Shown here in pieces: positions 21,400 to 34,373 of a stretch of DNA of 43,630 bases. The translations under genes were made by a program, and so were the position numbers. Position 1 is the stretch's first letter. Each line of letters starts with the position of its first letter. The stretch is taken from the NCBI GenBank assembly GCA_001724265.1, contig MEDY01000282.1, positions 1 through 43,630 on the forward strand. Direction: 5' to 3'. The DNA comes from Rhizaria sp. SCN 62-66. Taxonomy: Eukaryota. The notes under the pieces were generated by a model. The model was not told where the DNA came from. It was given only the letters and a program-made list of their open reading frames with translations, and made no database searches.

Positions 21400-23427
21400 A
21401 TGGATTCCCCTAAGGCCTCCAACCGTCTGAGTGACGCCGACGTCATTGAGATCGCGGTACGTTTCCCCTCAGCGCCATCAACTTCTCTACCTCCTGTTCC
21501 ACTTCCAATCTCGCGCCACTACACCTTGCCTCACCATTGATTCCCCGCCGCAACATTTGCTCGCAACTGTTTCTTCCATTTTCTTTTTAGCGCACGGTGT
21601 ACGGCCTTGAGGCGGATGCGTCTTCGCTCAAGGCGCTGCCTTCATACGACGACCAGAATGTGCTCTTCTCTTGCCCCGCGGGCCGCTTCGTGCTCAAGGC
21701 TCACCGGCTCTGCCACACGGGCCAGGACGGACTCAACCTCGAGGCTCAGAACGAGGCTATGGTTGTCCTTGCCGCCGCGGGCATTAACTGCCCCGTCGTC
21801 TCGCTCAAGGTCGGCTCCGCGGCCCCCACAGCAGAGGACCTCGCGCGCCCGCTGCCGCCGCCCATCGGGGCCCTGACCGCCGCCGCGGCCGCCGCGGACC
21901 CCTCCGCCGCGGCCGCGCGCGAGGCCGCGTTTCTGGCTCGCAACCGCGCCATTGCCGCGCGGTCCGCGTACTCGTACGCCGTGCCCGCGCTCAACGGCGG
22001 CGTCGTGTGCCGTCTGCTGCGCTTCCTGCCCGGCGCGCTCTTTGTCGACGCGCCCAGCCCAAAGCCGCTCGCGCTTTACCGCTCGCTCGGGGCATACCTG
22101 GGCGCGCTCGACAAGGCGCTACAGGTGCGTTATGCGTCTCTGCTTCTATCGAGCTTCTGTCGCTCTCATCCTATGCTGGCTTTTTTCATGTGTGTTGCTT
22201 TAACTTCCGTGGCTCAATCAGTGTCTCATTTATTTATTCGCTGTTTCTTTCTGTCGTTGCTGGACTCATAGGATTTCTCGCATCCTGGTTGTGCTTCTGA
22301 CTCCACTGCGTTGTGGGATGGCCGCAACGCAGCGCTTGCTCCCAGTCTCTACGCTCACGTACGTCGTCATGGTCATCTTAGAAATCTCTCTACTGTTCAA
22401 ATGATCGAATTCAATTTGTATCGAAACACGATCTGATGAATATGTTGTATCATGTGAATTGCGATAATCTATATTGGCTTTAATCGTATTTCTCAAACAT
22501 CTCGCTATATTTTGGTACAATCCGTTTGCTCCGCACACTCGCATCGGCAACACGCACAGGAGATTCCCGACGAGACGAACCGCGCGCTAGTGCTGCGCAA
22601 CGCGGCGTACTTCACCGCCGAGCTTAGCTCGCTGCTTGAGGCGCTGCCCCGCGGCGTTATCCACTCGGACGCCAACGACTACAACGTCATCGTGCGTCCC
22701 CCTGCGTCGCACAACAAGAGCAGTGGTAATGATGATGTGGCTGAGACTGCGGCTGCGACTGGGAGTGAGCCTGCGGACGATGCTGCTTCGGATGCGGCGA
22801 GCGGTGCGGAGGGCTGGGAGGTTGAGGGCGTGATTGACTTTGGCGACCTGATGGACACGACGCGCGTGTGCGAGCTGGCCAACTGCATCGCCTACGCCAT
22901 CCTTGACCACGAAGACCCCATTGCCGTGGCCGCAAACATCACTGACGGTGCGTCATTAGAACTATCACTCGCATTATTCGCACCAAGACAGTGTATCCTA
23001 AAACAAACTCTATTTACTCACTTGGAAATTTTGTGGAGACTTGGTTATCTGTGGTTTGAAGCCGAAACAAGCTCGGTGCAGCCAGATTCGAGCTGACTTG
23101 AAGCGATACGACAACCTTCGAAACTGACTTGAATGAACTCTCACGTTTTCATCCGCGCACGATTATTATTTTTATTGTGTAGCATATCTGTCCGTATTTC
23201 CGTTGCCTGAATCTGAGTGGCGCGTGGCGCTGCCTGTGGCGGTGCTGCGGCTGACGGTCTCGGTGACCATGTCGAACCACTCGTTCCTCCTCACACCCGA
23301 CAACGAATACCTCCTCGTTACTGCCAAGCCCGGCTGGCGCACGCTCTGGCGCATTGAGAACGAGCTTGGTGGCATTGCAGGCTCCCAAAAAAGCTATGTA
23401 GCAGCTGTCCATGCGCTCCGTGGATGA
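21400..23427 (+). CDS. HYKK: Hydroxylysine kinase-like protein (HYKK/AGPHD1, APH phosphotransferase family), 436 aa. Exons 21400..21456, 21591..22124, 22272..22358, 22560..22947, 23183..23427
   Basis: Motifs LPSYDDQN, FVLK, RLLRFLPG, DFSHPG...LWDGRN, catalytic GVIHSDANDYNVIV, metal-binding GVIDFGD and C-terminal PDNEYLLVTAKPGW. Four GT-AG introns with consistent phases. Stop is TGA. Confidence 0.88.
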
Positions 23428-23943
23428 GTGGCACGGGTAAATAGCAAGTGAATTGACTGTGAGCTCAGTGCTGGAGTGAAGAAATCGTCCTGATATGGCG
23501 CTGTGGCTGAACTATTACCTTAGAATCTCGTTAATCGTGATGTTTCTGCTGTGATCCCGCGTGGAAAGCGGGTATAATACATATATCTGTTTATTTGTCA
23601 GTTATCAACGCGCTTTTGGGTTCCTGAGCTCAGACCGACACATCACCGCTGCGACTTGATGCGCGATTGGGATCACCAATCTATCAAGCTGGTTCGCAAG
23701 AATTGATCATGAAAAACGGATTTCAATAAGATACATGATATCTTACATACTTTTGCATGAATTTCAAGTTTTATTTTTTCTTGTATAGGCTGAGATCCCC
23801 CGAGTTGACCCCGCCAAAGTAGGTCTGGTCCCACCTGCTCACAACCCTTGCAAGTCATTTCTTTTTCAACACCTCTCTAGCCTCCACCTAGCTGTTCAGC
23901 TCTGTCCTTGTGCTTTGGGTCTGCTTGTGGTGACACATATCAT

Positions 23944-26900
23944 ATGTCGTGGTCTGCAGAGTTAGGCGCCGCGAATGCCACGCTTGGTCAGACAATGCTT
24001 CCGGTTGCCTCAACTGAGGCCGAAGCCGATCCCTGGTGCATGGGCCCCGTCATCGTTGCTATCACGCGTAACGACCAATACTACGTCCCCCTACGAAACC
24101 TTGATACGTGCGTGTTGCGCGCCAAGCGTTACAGTATCTCATCCTCTGCCGTACGTTTCCCTCCCGCGTATTCTGTCTGTCTTTGTCCCTCATTGCTCTC
24201 ATTGCCACTGTTACATCACGCTACATCACTCACATCCCGTCATCTCGGACTTGCCTCCACGTCCCGCAACAGGTTTATCGCGTATCTGGCAACAATGAGC
24301 AGGGCCAGCGCGCGTCAATCCGCCAGGTTGCGCTCGACCTAGGCATGGAGCTCATCAACACCACGCTGCCGGAGCTCGAAACGCTCAAGGACGCCAATGT
24401 TATCGGCAAGCGCGCGCCCTGCGCCGCAATGCTTTCGCTCGCGGATGCTGTCAGGCTCTTGCAAGGTTCGTGATTAATTCTATCAAGAAAATGTTATTCC
24501 GTCTAAGTTCATGAAGAAACTACTGTGCTGTATCAATCTGAATTTCAGTGACCCTCCTCCTTCTTTCATGTCACGAGTTTCTCTGGATCATTGTTTTCAA
24601 GTTGTGTTGGCGTACGATTAGTTTCACTACGTACAGATCTATATTGAATCTATTTTTTGAACTGTTTTTATTATATTTATAATTTTATTATTCCAATTAT
24701 TCTTATTCCTTGGCATCTTTTATGTGCTTGTTTGTTACCTTCTCCGTAGCCTTCGGCTACCCGCACGTGGCCGACGCTGTCCAGCTCACTGCGCGCGGTC
24801 TCGCGACGTTAGACCTGGCCGCAGCCGCCGCAGCGGAGCTGGGCGTAATCCCCGTGCCGCCCGTCACGCACTACGGCAACGAGCAGCAGCTCGCGCGCTA
24901 CCTGCAGGCCTACGCGCAGCTGCTGCCGGCCAACATCGCCCAGCTCGCGCCTTTCGCGGACCCCTCGGCGGCCCACGCTGGGGGGGACTACGCCCCCCTG
25001 GGCCTAGGGCAGCATGCAGTGGCAGGCCGGCTTAAGCGCACTGGCACCAACGCCGACGCCGACGCGGACGCGGACGACGAGCGCGGTGGCCATAGCAGCA
25101 GCAATGACGACGACGACGGCAAGCATGACAGTCCCTCAGTCCGCGCCGGCCCGCGCTCTGGCTTCGCTGCTCACGCAAACGCAGCGGCAGCATCAGCGAC
25201 GGCGGCAGCGGCTGAAGTGACGGACATCACACCGCTGAGCCCGGCGCGCACGCTGTACCCAGCCGACGGCCGCATCTCGAAGTTAAGCCGTCTCGCGGGC
25301 TCCGTGCCCAGCTCGGCGGCCATGTCAGCGCACCCCAGTCCAGCGCCCACAGCTGCAGTCGCCGCGGCGATTTCGGCCGCCGCGGCCGCCGCAGCTGCCG
25401 CTGCCGCCGCGGCCGCAGCGGCGAGTGGCCACAGGAATGAGAACGCAAGCGTGAGTGCTGGAAGCAACAGCAACCTTAGTAGCTCCAGTAGCAGCAGCGG
25501 CAGCGATAAGCTTGCGAGTGCAGCGGCTGACTTCGCGCTGCCGCCCCCACAGATGTCGCAACTGTCCCCTCAGCAGCCACAGTTTCAGACGCAAGCGGGG
25601 GCAGGGGCGCAGTCTCCACTTCTTGCGGCCGCATCTCGGACCGAGACTCTTCCCGCCGTCCTGCCCCCGCCGGGGGCAGCGACTGCCACTGCGGCAGCCC
25701 ACGCGGCGGCCGCGACGGCCCCGGAGGCGCACATGGCCGGCGCGCCGCCGACAAACCCGTTTCTGGTAGAGCAGCCGCAGAACCCGTTCGACATTGAGCT
25801 GCGCTTTGTGCCACCCAGCGCGGTTGAGCGCTATACCGCGCGGCCCCGGCTCACGCGCAAGCTGCTCAACGCCGTAGCGGCACAGAACGCCTCGCAGAGC
25901 GGCGGCCCCGCGGCGAGCACGGCGTACGCCGCGGCCGGCGGCGCGGCCGGCGCGCAGAGCGGCGGTCAGGACTCCGGTCAGGGTCCGGCCCATGGCGGGG
26001 CAAGGCAGCGGCGCGTAACCGCGGGCGTGCGCGCGCAGGCGGCGGCGGCGGCCGAGGCAGCGCTGGCAGCAACTCCACACACGGGCAGACTCGGCGCGGC
26101 TGGCCAGTCGTCGCCGCTGTCGCCGCCCATCGCCGCTTCCGCTGATGTTGCTGCTGCCGCTGCCGCTGCTGATGCTGACGCTGCAACTGCCGGGGCAAGG
26201 GCTAAACCAAAGCTTACAGGTTCTGCCACAGCGCGCGCAGCAAGACGCGCGTTGGGCGAGCTGACCGGGGCGGCGGGCGCTGCCAGCGCGCGGAAGAGCG
26301 CCTGGGAGCCGCGCGCCACGACCGCGCCGGCCAGTGCGGCGCCGAAGCCCGCGTCCGCGGCCGCAGTCGCCGCAGCAGCCGCAGCTGCGGACAAGGCTGG
26401 CGCGGCCGCGCGCGGGAGCAAGCGTGCGGCGCGCGCGCATGGTGGCGCTGCAGGCGCAGGCAGCAAGGAAGCGAGCAAGGGACTGACTGCGTCGCGCAAA
26501 GCCAAGGCTGCCGCTGAGGCGGAGGCCGCCGCGGCCGCGACCGCAGCCACCAAAGCGTCAGCCGCCGCCGCTGCTGCCGCTGCCGCGGCTGCTGTTGCGG
26601 TTGCAAACGCCAGACCGTTTGCCGTATCTCCGACGGCCGCGTACAGCTCAATCCGGCAGGGCGGCGTGCTTGGCGCACTCGGCGGAAGCGCCGCCGGCAC
26701 TGGCGTTAGCGCCGGCACACAGCCGCGGCTGGGTCTAGGGCTGACCGTTGGCCCGGGGCCCGGCGCGGCGACTACGGTGACTGGGCTGGCGCTGCCGGCG
26801 CTGCTGCTGGCGCAACAAGGTCAGCAGCTTGGCCAGCCGTCACAGCAGCAAGGGCAACTACTGGGGCAGATGCTCGACCACGGAGCGGGCTTCGCGCCGT

Positions 26901-29318
26901 CGCCGTTGATCGGCCCCGCAAGCGCCGGCGCACTCACCACCAGCACTGGCGCGGGCGCGGGCGCAGGCGCAAGCGCTGGGCCTGCGTCCGCGTCAGCAGG
27001 GCCCGGGGCGGCGCGCGCGCTGGGACTCGGTCTGACGCCACTCTCGATCGCGGCGCAAAGCTTCACGCAGCCGCACACGCACGCGCCCGCACACGGGGCC
27101 TCGAGTGCCGGCGCGGGTACTGGAATCGGCGGCGCCGGCGCGGCGGGGCTGGGCAGGGCGCACAGCGGCAGGCGCTTCGAGTTGAACATGCAGCTGCATC
27201 ATCACCTACAGCATCAACACTTACAGCAGCAGCAAATGCAGCAGCAGCTCCATCAACAGCAGCAGCAGCATGCGGGTTTCGGTGAGAACAGCGGTGGTGA
27301 CAACACTGTGGCTTACGGCCATCTACAGCAGCAAGAGTCCCCCATGTCCCCCGTCGAAACTGGCATAAACAGCGCAGCCGCGTCGCTGCTTTTGTCCAGC
27401 GGCTTCACTTCGCAGCAGCCGCACCAGCAGCAGCACGGCGCGAGCTCTCTGCTGTCCTCGCCCACAGCGCGCAGGCTGCTCGCCAGCACGTCTGTCGCCG
27501 CGGGCAGCGGCGCCGCAAACGCCGCGCCCGCTGCTGCTGCGGGCGTCTCGCGCCCAGGCGCCCAGGCCCCAACAACAAGCGGCACTAGTGGCAGTCGGCT
27601 CGGCAGCAGGGGCACACCGCAGGTCGGGCCCGCGGGGCTTGCACCTGGCGCACTCACCTCCGGCTCCAACGCTCTTTCGTCGGCCAACTACCTCTCGCAA
27701 CTCACGTCGGGCGCCGGCGCGCGCACCGGCGCCACCATGCCGCCGTCGCCGTTGCGAGGCCCCTTCGCTGCAAACACAAGCAGCAGCGTGAGCACTGGTG
27801 GCGGCTTACAAGTCGGCGCTAGCGCAGGCACGATATCCGCGATTGCGACGCAGCTGGGCGCACTGCGCGGCTCTGCTGCGGGCAGCAGTACCGGCTCGGG
27901 CACTGGCGTTTCAAACGCGTTGCAATCACTCACAGCCTCGCGCGTGTCCCAGCAGCAGCAACAGCAGCAGCCGCAGCAATCGCTGTATCAGCTACAGGGC
28001 ACTGTTCCTGGCTCCGGCACAGGCACGGGCAGCGTTGTTCTCTCGCCCCGTCTCGCATTTTCGACTAGCCACGGCAGCGCGCTTGGTCCCAGCCACGGCC
28101 ACAGCCTCGGCCAGCCGGTGTCGCACGGTCACGCGCAGCTGAAACCCGGCCCGGGCCCCGTGCCGCTGCTCGGCCTCCACAGCGCCAACGGCGATGGCAA
28201 CAGCAGCGCCGCCGGCGCGGCGTATCTGGCGCGCCACAGCCCCAAGAGCGCCGCTGCCACAGCAACTTCTCCGGCCACTGGGTCCGCTGCGCCCGCCGAT
28301 GCTTCCATCCCCGTTGTCGGTCCATTGCCAACGCTCACTGTCGCCGCAGCGCCCGTTGTTGTCACTGCTGACGCGATCTCCGCCGCCGTTGCCGCCGCTG
28401 TGGCTGCGGCCGGCAACGCCTTTGCCGCTGCAGACGTCCTGGCGTCCCCGCTGGATTCCCCCGTGGCGCTCGGTGTGGCTGCGTCTCTGAAACCCGCCTC
28501 GCCCAGCGGCGCAAGGACGCGGTCGCGGTCTGCAAGCAGAGCGCCTGTGGCCGGCGTTGCGGATGCAGGCGTTCAGACTCCGGCGACTGAGGAGCCTGCG
28601 GCGGCGCGACCCAAGCGCGTGCGCGCGCGGCCCAAGCGCCCGCTGCACTCCGACAGCGGCGCTGGCGGCGGCGGCGGCGCGGGTCGGGGCCGGCCACGGA
28701 AGCGCGGGCGGCCGCGCGTGGAGCCCGAGGGCAAATACCTGGTAACGAGCCTCAGCGCGGACCTCCGCGCGGTGCCGACGCCCGCGGACGCCGCGGCGGA
28801 GGCGGAGCGGCGGAGGCTGCGGCAGCAGGAGCAGCAGCGGCCGCGGCAGCGCGGCGGGGAGAGTGGGAGTGACAGCGCCGGTGGGAGTGGGAGCCAGAGC
28901 GAGAGCGGCACCGATGGGAGCTACGAGCAAGAAGACGACAGTGTTGACAATCATAGTGACAGCGAGAACAGCCCTCCTGGCGCTGGCAACGTTGCCTTTG
29001 CAGCTGATCGGCTTCATGCGACCACCGCAAATCGTCTCGCTAACGCTGCGAACACTTTCTCGTCGATAACCTCAACGGGCGCCGCTTCCCCCATGCCCGG
29101 AGGTGTGTCCGCGCACTACCCCAGCTCAAGCACCGCCTCCGCCGCCCACCCCGCTGCCGTTAGCACTGGCAGTTGCTCCGGCACCGGCGCCGGTGCGAGT
29201 GCAAGCGCCGGCCTTGGCGCGGTAAGGTGGGGCGCTCCCTGGGCCAAGAACGCCTCGTTGCTCCCGCCGCGCCCGCTCCCGGGAAGTGGCGGCCTTAACG
29301 CCAGCAGCAGCAGCAACA

Positions 29319-29350
<32 letters not shown>

Positions 29351-32300
29351 AGCGCGGTCATTAACGCCGCGCGCGAAGGTTCGCCGTTGACTGCGCTTGT
29401 AGTTTCGCGCGGCGCCACGGGGTCGCCGCTGCCGATGCACCCCCCCTACAGCGGTTCCGCTGCGCGCGCAGGCAACGCGGTCGGATCAGCCGTGGCCGCC
29501 TCAGCAGCGTCCGCGGCAGCCGCGGCTGGTGCGCTGGCTCGTTTGTCGACGCCGCCGCCCGCGGCGCACGGCCACGGTCACTCCGCTCACGGTCAGCTGC
29601 AGTCTGCGCACATGCGGAGCGCCGGGGCGAGCAGCGCCAGCGGCCGCAGCGCCGCGCTGCTGCAGAGCCAGGAGCACACGCGCGTGGGGCCCGCGGCGCC
29701 GGCGCTGTCGCTGTCGCAGCAGGCGCAGCAGCAGCACGCGCAGCTGGCGCAGATGCACCTCGCCATGCTCAGCACGCCGACGCCCGCCGCGGCCACGGCT
29801 GCGACCGCGGCAGGATCGGCGAGCGCGCGGAGCACGGGGGGCACGGTTGCGCACTCGCCGTTTATGGGCCTTTTGGCCGCCACGCCCGCCGCAGCGCCCG
29901 CGTCGGCAGGGTTAGTGCCGGCCACGGCTACAGTCACCGCAGTTGCCCCGTCAAGTGGCGACAAGGAGCGGGAGTTTTACAGTGGCGCAGAAGTCAGGCC
30001 GCTTGTTGCGGGGCTGAAGCCGCGCGGTGCTGCAGAAGTTAAGCCGTCGCTACTGAGCATGGTCAGCAGCCGCAGCAGCAGCAGCAGCAATAGCCTGAGC
30101 AACAGCAACGGACTCCACGGCGACCACAGCCCGCCACCCTACGCCGCCGGCAACAACAAGGAAAACACGGACTCGAACATGACCGCAAACGCGACATCGC
30201 GCAGCAGCGGCGGCAGTGCCAACGGCTCCACCAGCGATCGCAGCGGCGGTGGCGGGCTCAAGGGTGGTTCGCGCTCCCCTCTCGCCGCCGTCGCGCTGGC
30301 GCTGGCTGAGGCCGTTGTGGCGCGCCTCAACCGCCGACTGCGCGCACTGCCCGCCGCGGCACGCCCGCTGGCGCTCGTCACCGGCGCTCGCGCGACGGCG
30401 TACTTGTCCGCGCTCGCCGCGCTGCCGCTGCAGACGCTGCTGCGCATTGCGCTCGACACCGGCGCCGTGGTGCACGACGCGGACGCGCACGCTGCGAGCG
30501 GCGACTGCAGCTGCGGGCAGAGTGCCTGCGGGTGCGGCCCGGCGACGCTGACGCCGTCGCAGTGGCTGCTGCTGGCGGAAACAGTGGGGTCTGTGGCTAA
30601 TCTTTCATCGCCGTTAGAGTCGCTCAACAAGCGCACAACGCGCAGCGGCGCCGCAGCCGCACAGCGCAACAAGAGTCCGGTCGCAGTTGCGGAGCGCAGC
30701 TCTGCGATTGCAGCTGGAAGCGACTCTGGTGACTCTAAGCTTGCTGCATTAGAGCTGGGGGCTGAGGTCGAGGCCTGGATCAGACAGGTTGAAGCAAGTG
30801 CGGCTGCCGCCGCTGAAGCTGACGCCGCTGATACTGAAGACGCTGCCGAGATTGCAGCGGATTCTGCGGCAAAGACCGTAGCTGGAGCCGAGAGCGCTCC
30901 ACAGCCTGACGTCAAGACGGAGGGAAACGTTGCAACTAGCAGTATTGATAACGTTAAGCTTGAGCCAAACAACATCGTCCACGCCGAAGTCAGTCGCAGT
31001 GTTGCTGACAAAGATGTTCAGTCCGCAGGTTGTGCGAGCAGCAGTGACACGTCACCCCAAGCTCCGGCTCAAAGCTGCAGTGTTACTGCAACCGACAACA
31101 GCGACAGCGACGCTGCTGCGCCTGCCTTGGCGGCGCCGCCGCGGCCGCGCTCGCTGCTGATGCCCGCCGTGCCGCTGCCGCCGCTGCTGGCGTGCGAGGC
31201 CGAGCCCGCGCGGGTGCACACGCCGCACCACGGCCACTTCGACGCCGCCGCGGCCGCCGAGTCCGCTGTGCGCGCGGGCGTGCAGTCCGCGGGCGCGGCG
31301 CAGCTGACAAACAACGGCGAGGGCCAGCGCGCGCCGCGCGGCAGTAGTGTGGTGCCTGCGCCGTTTATCGACGCGGTATCGGCGAACCCCTTTGCGATTG
31401 CGTTCTCTCACGTCGACGAAGGTCTCGGCGCGGCCAGCGGGGTTGCCGCCCGTGTCATGCACGCGGGCCGCAGCAAGAGGGCCGCCGGCGGCGTCAGAGA
31501 GTTGCAGCAGCGGTGGGCACGAACACGGTTTGGGGACGGCGACAACCACAACGTGGGCTGTGACAGCTACAATGCCGCGCACGACACTGAGAACAACCCC
31601 CTAGCCGTCAATGTTAACAGCAATGTCTTGGGCGACACCATTATCAAGCCGAAAGTTAAGCGCGCGCGCAGCGCCCCCAGCTCTGCCACTACCGCAGCTG
31701 CTGCTGACACTGCTGTTTTGGAGCAGTCAAAGCGCAAGAGCGCCCCGCGCGTCCGCAAGTCCGGCACCTTTGCCGCGAACGCGGATCTTATCCGCAATGA
31801 CGACGACGACGTCGACGACTACGAAGGACACGAAGCCGGCAACAGCTACAGCGGCAGTCATAGCGCCGCGCAACCGCACGGCGCGGGGCCCGGGGCTAAG
31901 GCCGGCGACGGCGAGGTCAGCGCGCTGAGTCTGCGCGTGGACGCTGCGCCGCTGCACACGCCCTCGCCGGGCCCCTTTGCCCCGCGGCCGGACAGCTCGG
32001 GCTCCGGGCCGAGCTCCGCCTCGAGCGCGGGCTTCGGCTCCGGCTTTGCGAGTCAAAGCAGCGCTGGCAGCAACGGCAGCGGCAACAACGTTGGACGCGG
32101 TGTGTCTCCAGCTAAGGCTGAGGCAGATGGTAGCAGCGTCGCACAAGTGGCGGCGTCCCTGCCGGCGCGCATGGGTACAACTGCGACTGCGGCCATGACC
32201 GACGCTGTGGCAGCGGAAGAGTCCCCCGTCTTCATCCCGCTTCCCAACGCCGGTGGCGCTGCCGCGAGCGTTGACGGAGCCGACATGGGCAACAGCAGCG

Positions 32301-33901
32301 CTGGCAACCTTGGCTTTGCCGCAAGCCGTGGCATGATGGGCGCCGTTGACACGCCGATTCTGACCGCCTCTGCGCCGGCCTCGCTGTCGGACTCGCACCC
32401 TTCCAGCCAGAGCTCCAGCACCGCCAACGACAGCGACTCCAAAGCCGCCTCTGCCGCCGCCGCTGCGGCCACAATAGCGTCTCTCGCAGCTACAACAAGG
32501 ACGCCTGTCGTATCGGCAGCCGCACCTGTTAATGCAGCTCCCAGTGAGCTAGCTCTGGGCCGCAGCGGCAGTAGCAACATCAATAATGCCAGTATTGTTG
32601 GCAGTAGCGACTATGGAATAATGTTCGCGTCGCCCGTGCTGCCCGCAAACACAAGCGGCAGCAGCAGCGGCAGCGGCAGCGGCGCTGGCAGTTTGAAGGA
32701 CAGGCAGCGCAAGCTAGTCCCCGGCGCAGCCCCTGTTGTCACGGCCGCTGCGGCGGCCGCAGTACCCGGCGGCAGCAACCCGTGGCGCGCTCGCAGCAGC
32801 GCAAGCGGCACCGGCAGCGGCTTGGGCGCTGGCGGCAACTCGAGTTACGCGGCAGCCTTAGCCCAGCTGCAGGCTCAGCTGCTGTCGCTGCACTCGCACG
32901 CGTTCCAGCAGCAGCAGCAACAACAACAGCAACAGCAACAACAACTGCATCAGCAGTTTGGCGGTCAGGGCCCGCTCGGCTCACCGTTGTTGCTGCCCGC
33001 GCCCTCACGCTCTGCAATTAGCACCACAAGCTCCAGCAGCAGCAGCACCACCACCACCAGCAGTGGCGGCAGCGGTGCAGGCTACTACTACGGCTCCGGT
33101 AGCCGCGGAGGCGCGTTCGTGCCCAGTCCTGCCTTCGGGCCCGCAGGCTGTTACGCTGCCCCCGGCCACGCTGCCCACGGCCACACTGCCCACGGCCACA
33201 CTGCCCACGGCCACGCAGCTCGCGGTTACGCGCACGGGCTCAGTCCCGCAGTGGGCTTCGCCGCCGCGGGTTTTGCTGGGCGCGGGCCGGTGGGCGGAGC
33301 GCTTCTGCTGCCGCCGCAGCAGATGCAGAGCCAGAGCACCAGTCAAGCACAGGGCCCGAGTAGTGGCGCGGACAGCGGCCGCAGCATCAGCTCCAGCAAC
33401 GAAAGCAGCAGCGTCGCTGCAGACGACGTGTTGCTGGCAACACCTACTGCGCCCGTGAGGAGGCTTAACTTCGGTGCAGGCTCCTCCTTTCTAGACGGTG
33501 AGCCCGGCGCTGCAAATAGTGCGACTGCAATTGGCAGCGACAGTGCGCTCCACCCGCCGCAGCTGATCCCGCTTGCATCACTTCAACAAGCACAAGCGCT
33601 GCAGCAGGCACAGTCGCAGAATACTTTAACCAATGCGGCACCGGCGTTGGCGTTTACTGCAGACGTGGCTGAAGACCCTGCCCTAGTAACGCCCGCTGCT
33701 AAGTCGCTGTTGTTGCCCTCGACGCTCGCAACGTTGCCGTCCGCGCCGGCTTCAGCGCCCTCGTCAGCGGCGCCTTCATTGCCCACATCAGCAGCGCCGT
33801 CGGCGCCGTCTTCAGCGGCGCAGTCTTTTTCAGACGCGTTCGCGGCTACGAATCAGCCGTATCCACACTCAAACTTTGTGGGCGAGCGCTGGCATGACTA
33901 A
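23944..33901 (+). CDS. About 3183-aa putative chromatin/transcription regulator: N-terminal Ski/Sno/Dach-like domain, tandem AT-hook-like motifs, long low-complexity regions. Exons 23944..24150, 24273..24465, 24750..33901
   Basis: Introns GTACGT(24151)..CAG(24272), phase 0, and GTTCGT(24466)..TAG(24749), phase 1, join three ORFs in frame: GPVIVAITRNDQYYVPLRNLDTCVLR...SIRQVALDLGMELINTTLPELETLKDANVIGKRAPCAAMLSLADAVRLLQAFG. Start codon uncertain (23944, 23995 or 24040). Stop is TAA. Confidence 0.78.
28682..28717 (+). other. Tandem AT-hook-like motifs (GRGRPRKRGRPR), preceded by a basic NLS-like segment RPKRVRARPKRP
   Basis: Translation of ORF 24710..33901; RGRP is the established AT-hook core. 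Confidence 0.7.
33164..33214 (+). repeat. 15-bp coding tandem repeat (GHxAH)3-GH
   Basis: ggccacgctgcccac ggccacactgcccac ggccacactgcccac ggccac. Confidence 0.85.
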
Positions 33902-34373
33902 TGGAAGATGAATTGAAAGAGGATCAAGTTGAAAGTGAGATTCTGAAGATGGGCAACACGTCGTAACAAAGACTTGACCTATTGAATGAGGATATACGAT
34001 AATTGTAGTCTTCTGACTTAAAATATATGTTTAGTGACTTTTTACCATACAGATTATAATTGGATTTGACATTTTTAACTCGATGACTCATTAGTCTATG
34101 AAGAAACCCTCTGAAATATTAAGTTCATCGCGTTTGTGGTAGATCAGTGTTGCGATCGGACTTCTCATTCGGGCGTGGTTTGCTCCAAGTTCAAAAGCCT
34201 GATGAGATATATTTAGTCGTCCATCTGTTGTGCCATTAACGCTTTAGTATATTTCGCTTAATTTTGACTTAATTTTTTTAATAAGGCTCCCAGAATCATC
34301 TGTGTGTCATCTCATATCTTTTCTTTTCTCTTGCCCCCTCCTTCGCTCCTTCGGCATCGACAAAGACTTTAAA

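Noticed and set aside
22269-22271. TAG ending ORF 21597..22271 (and TAG ending ORFs 23908..24342 and 11165..11377) as further code evidence
   Set aside because: The TAG at 22269 is the 3' splice acceptor of a T-rich intron. The others are out of frame with the spliced CDS. They are uninformative either way.
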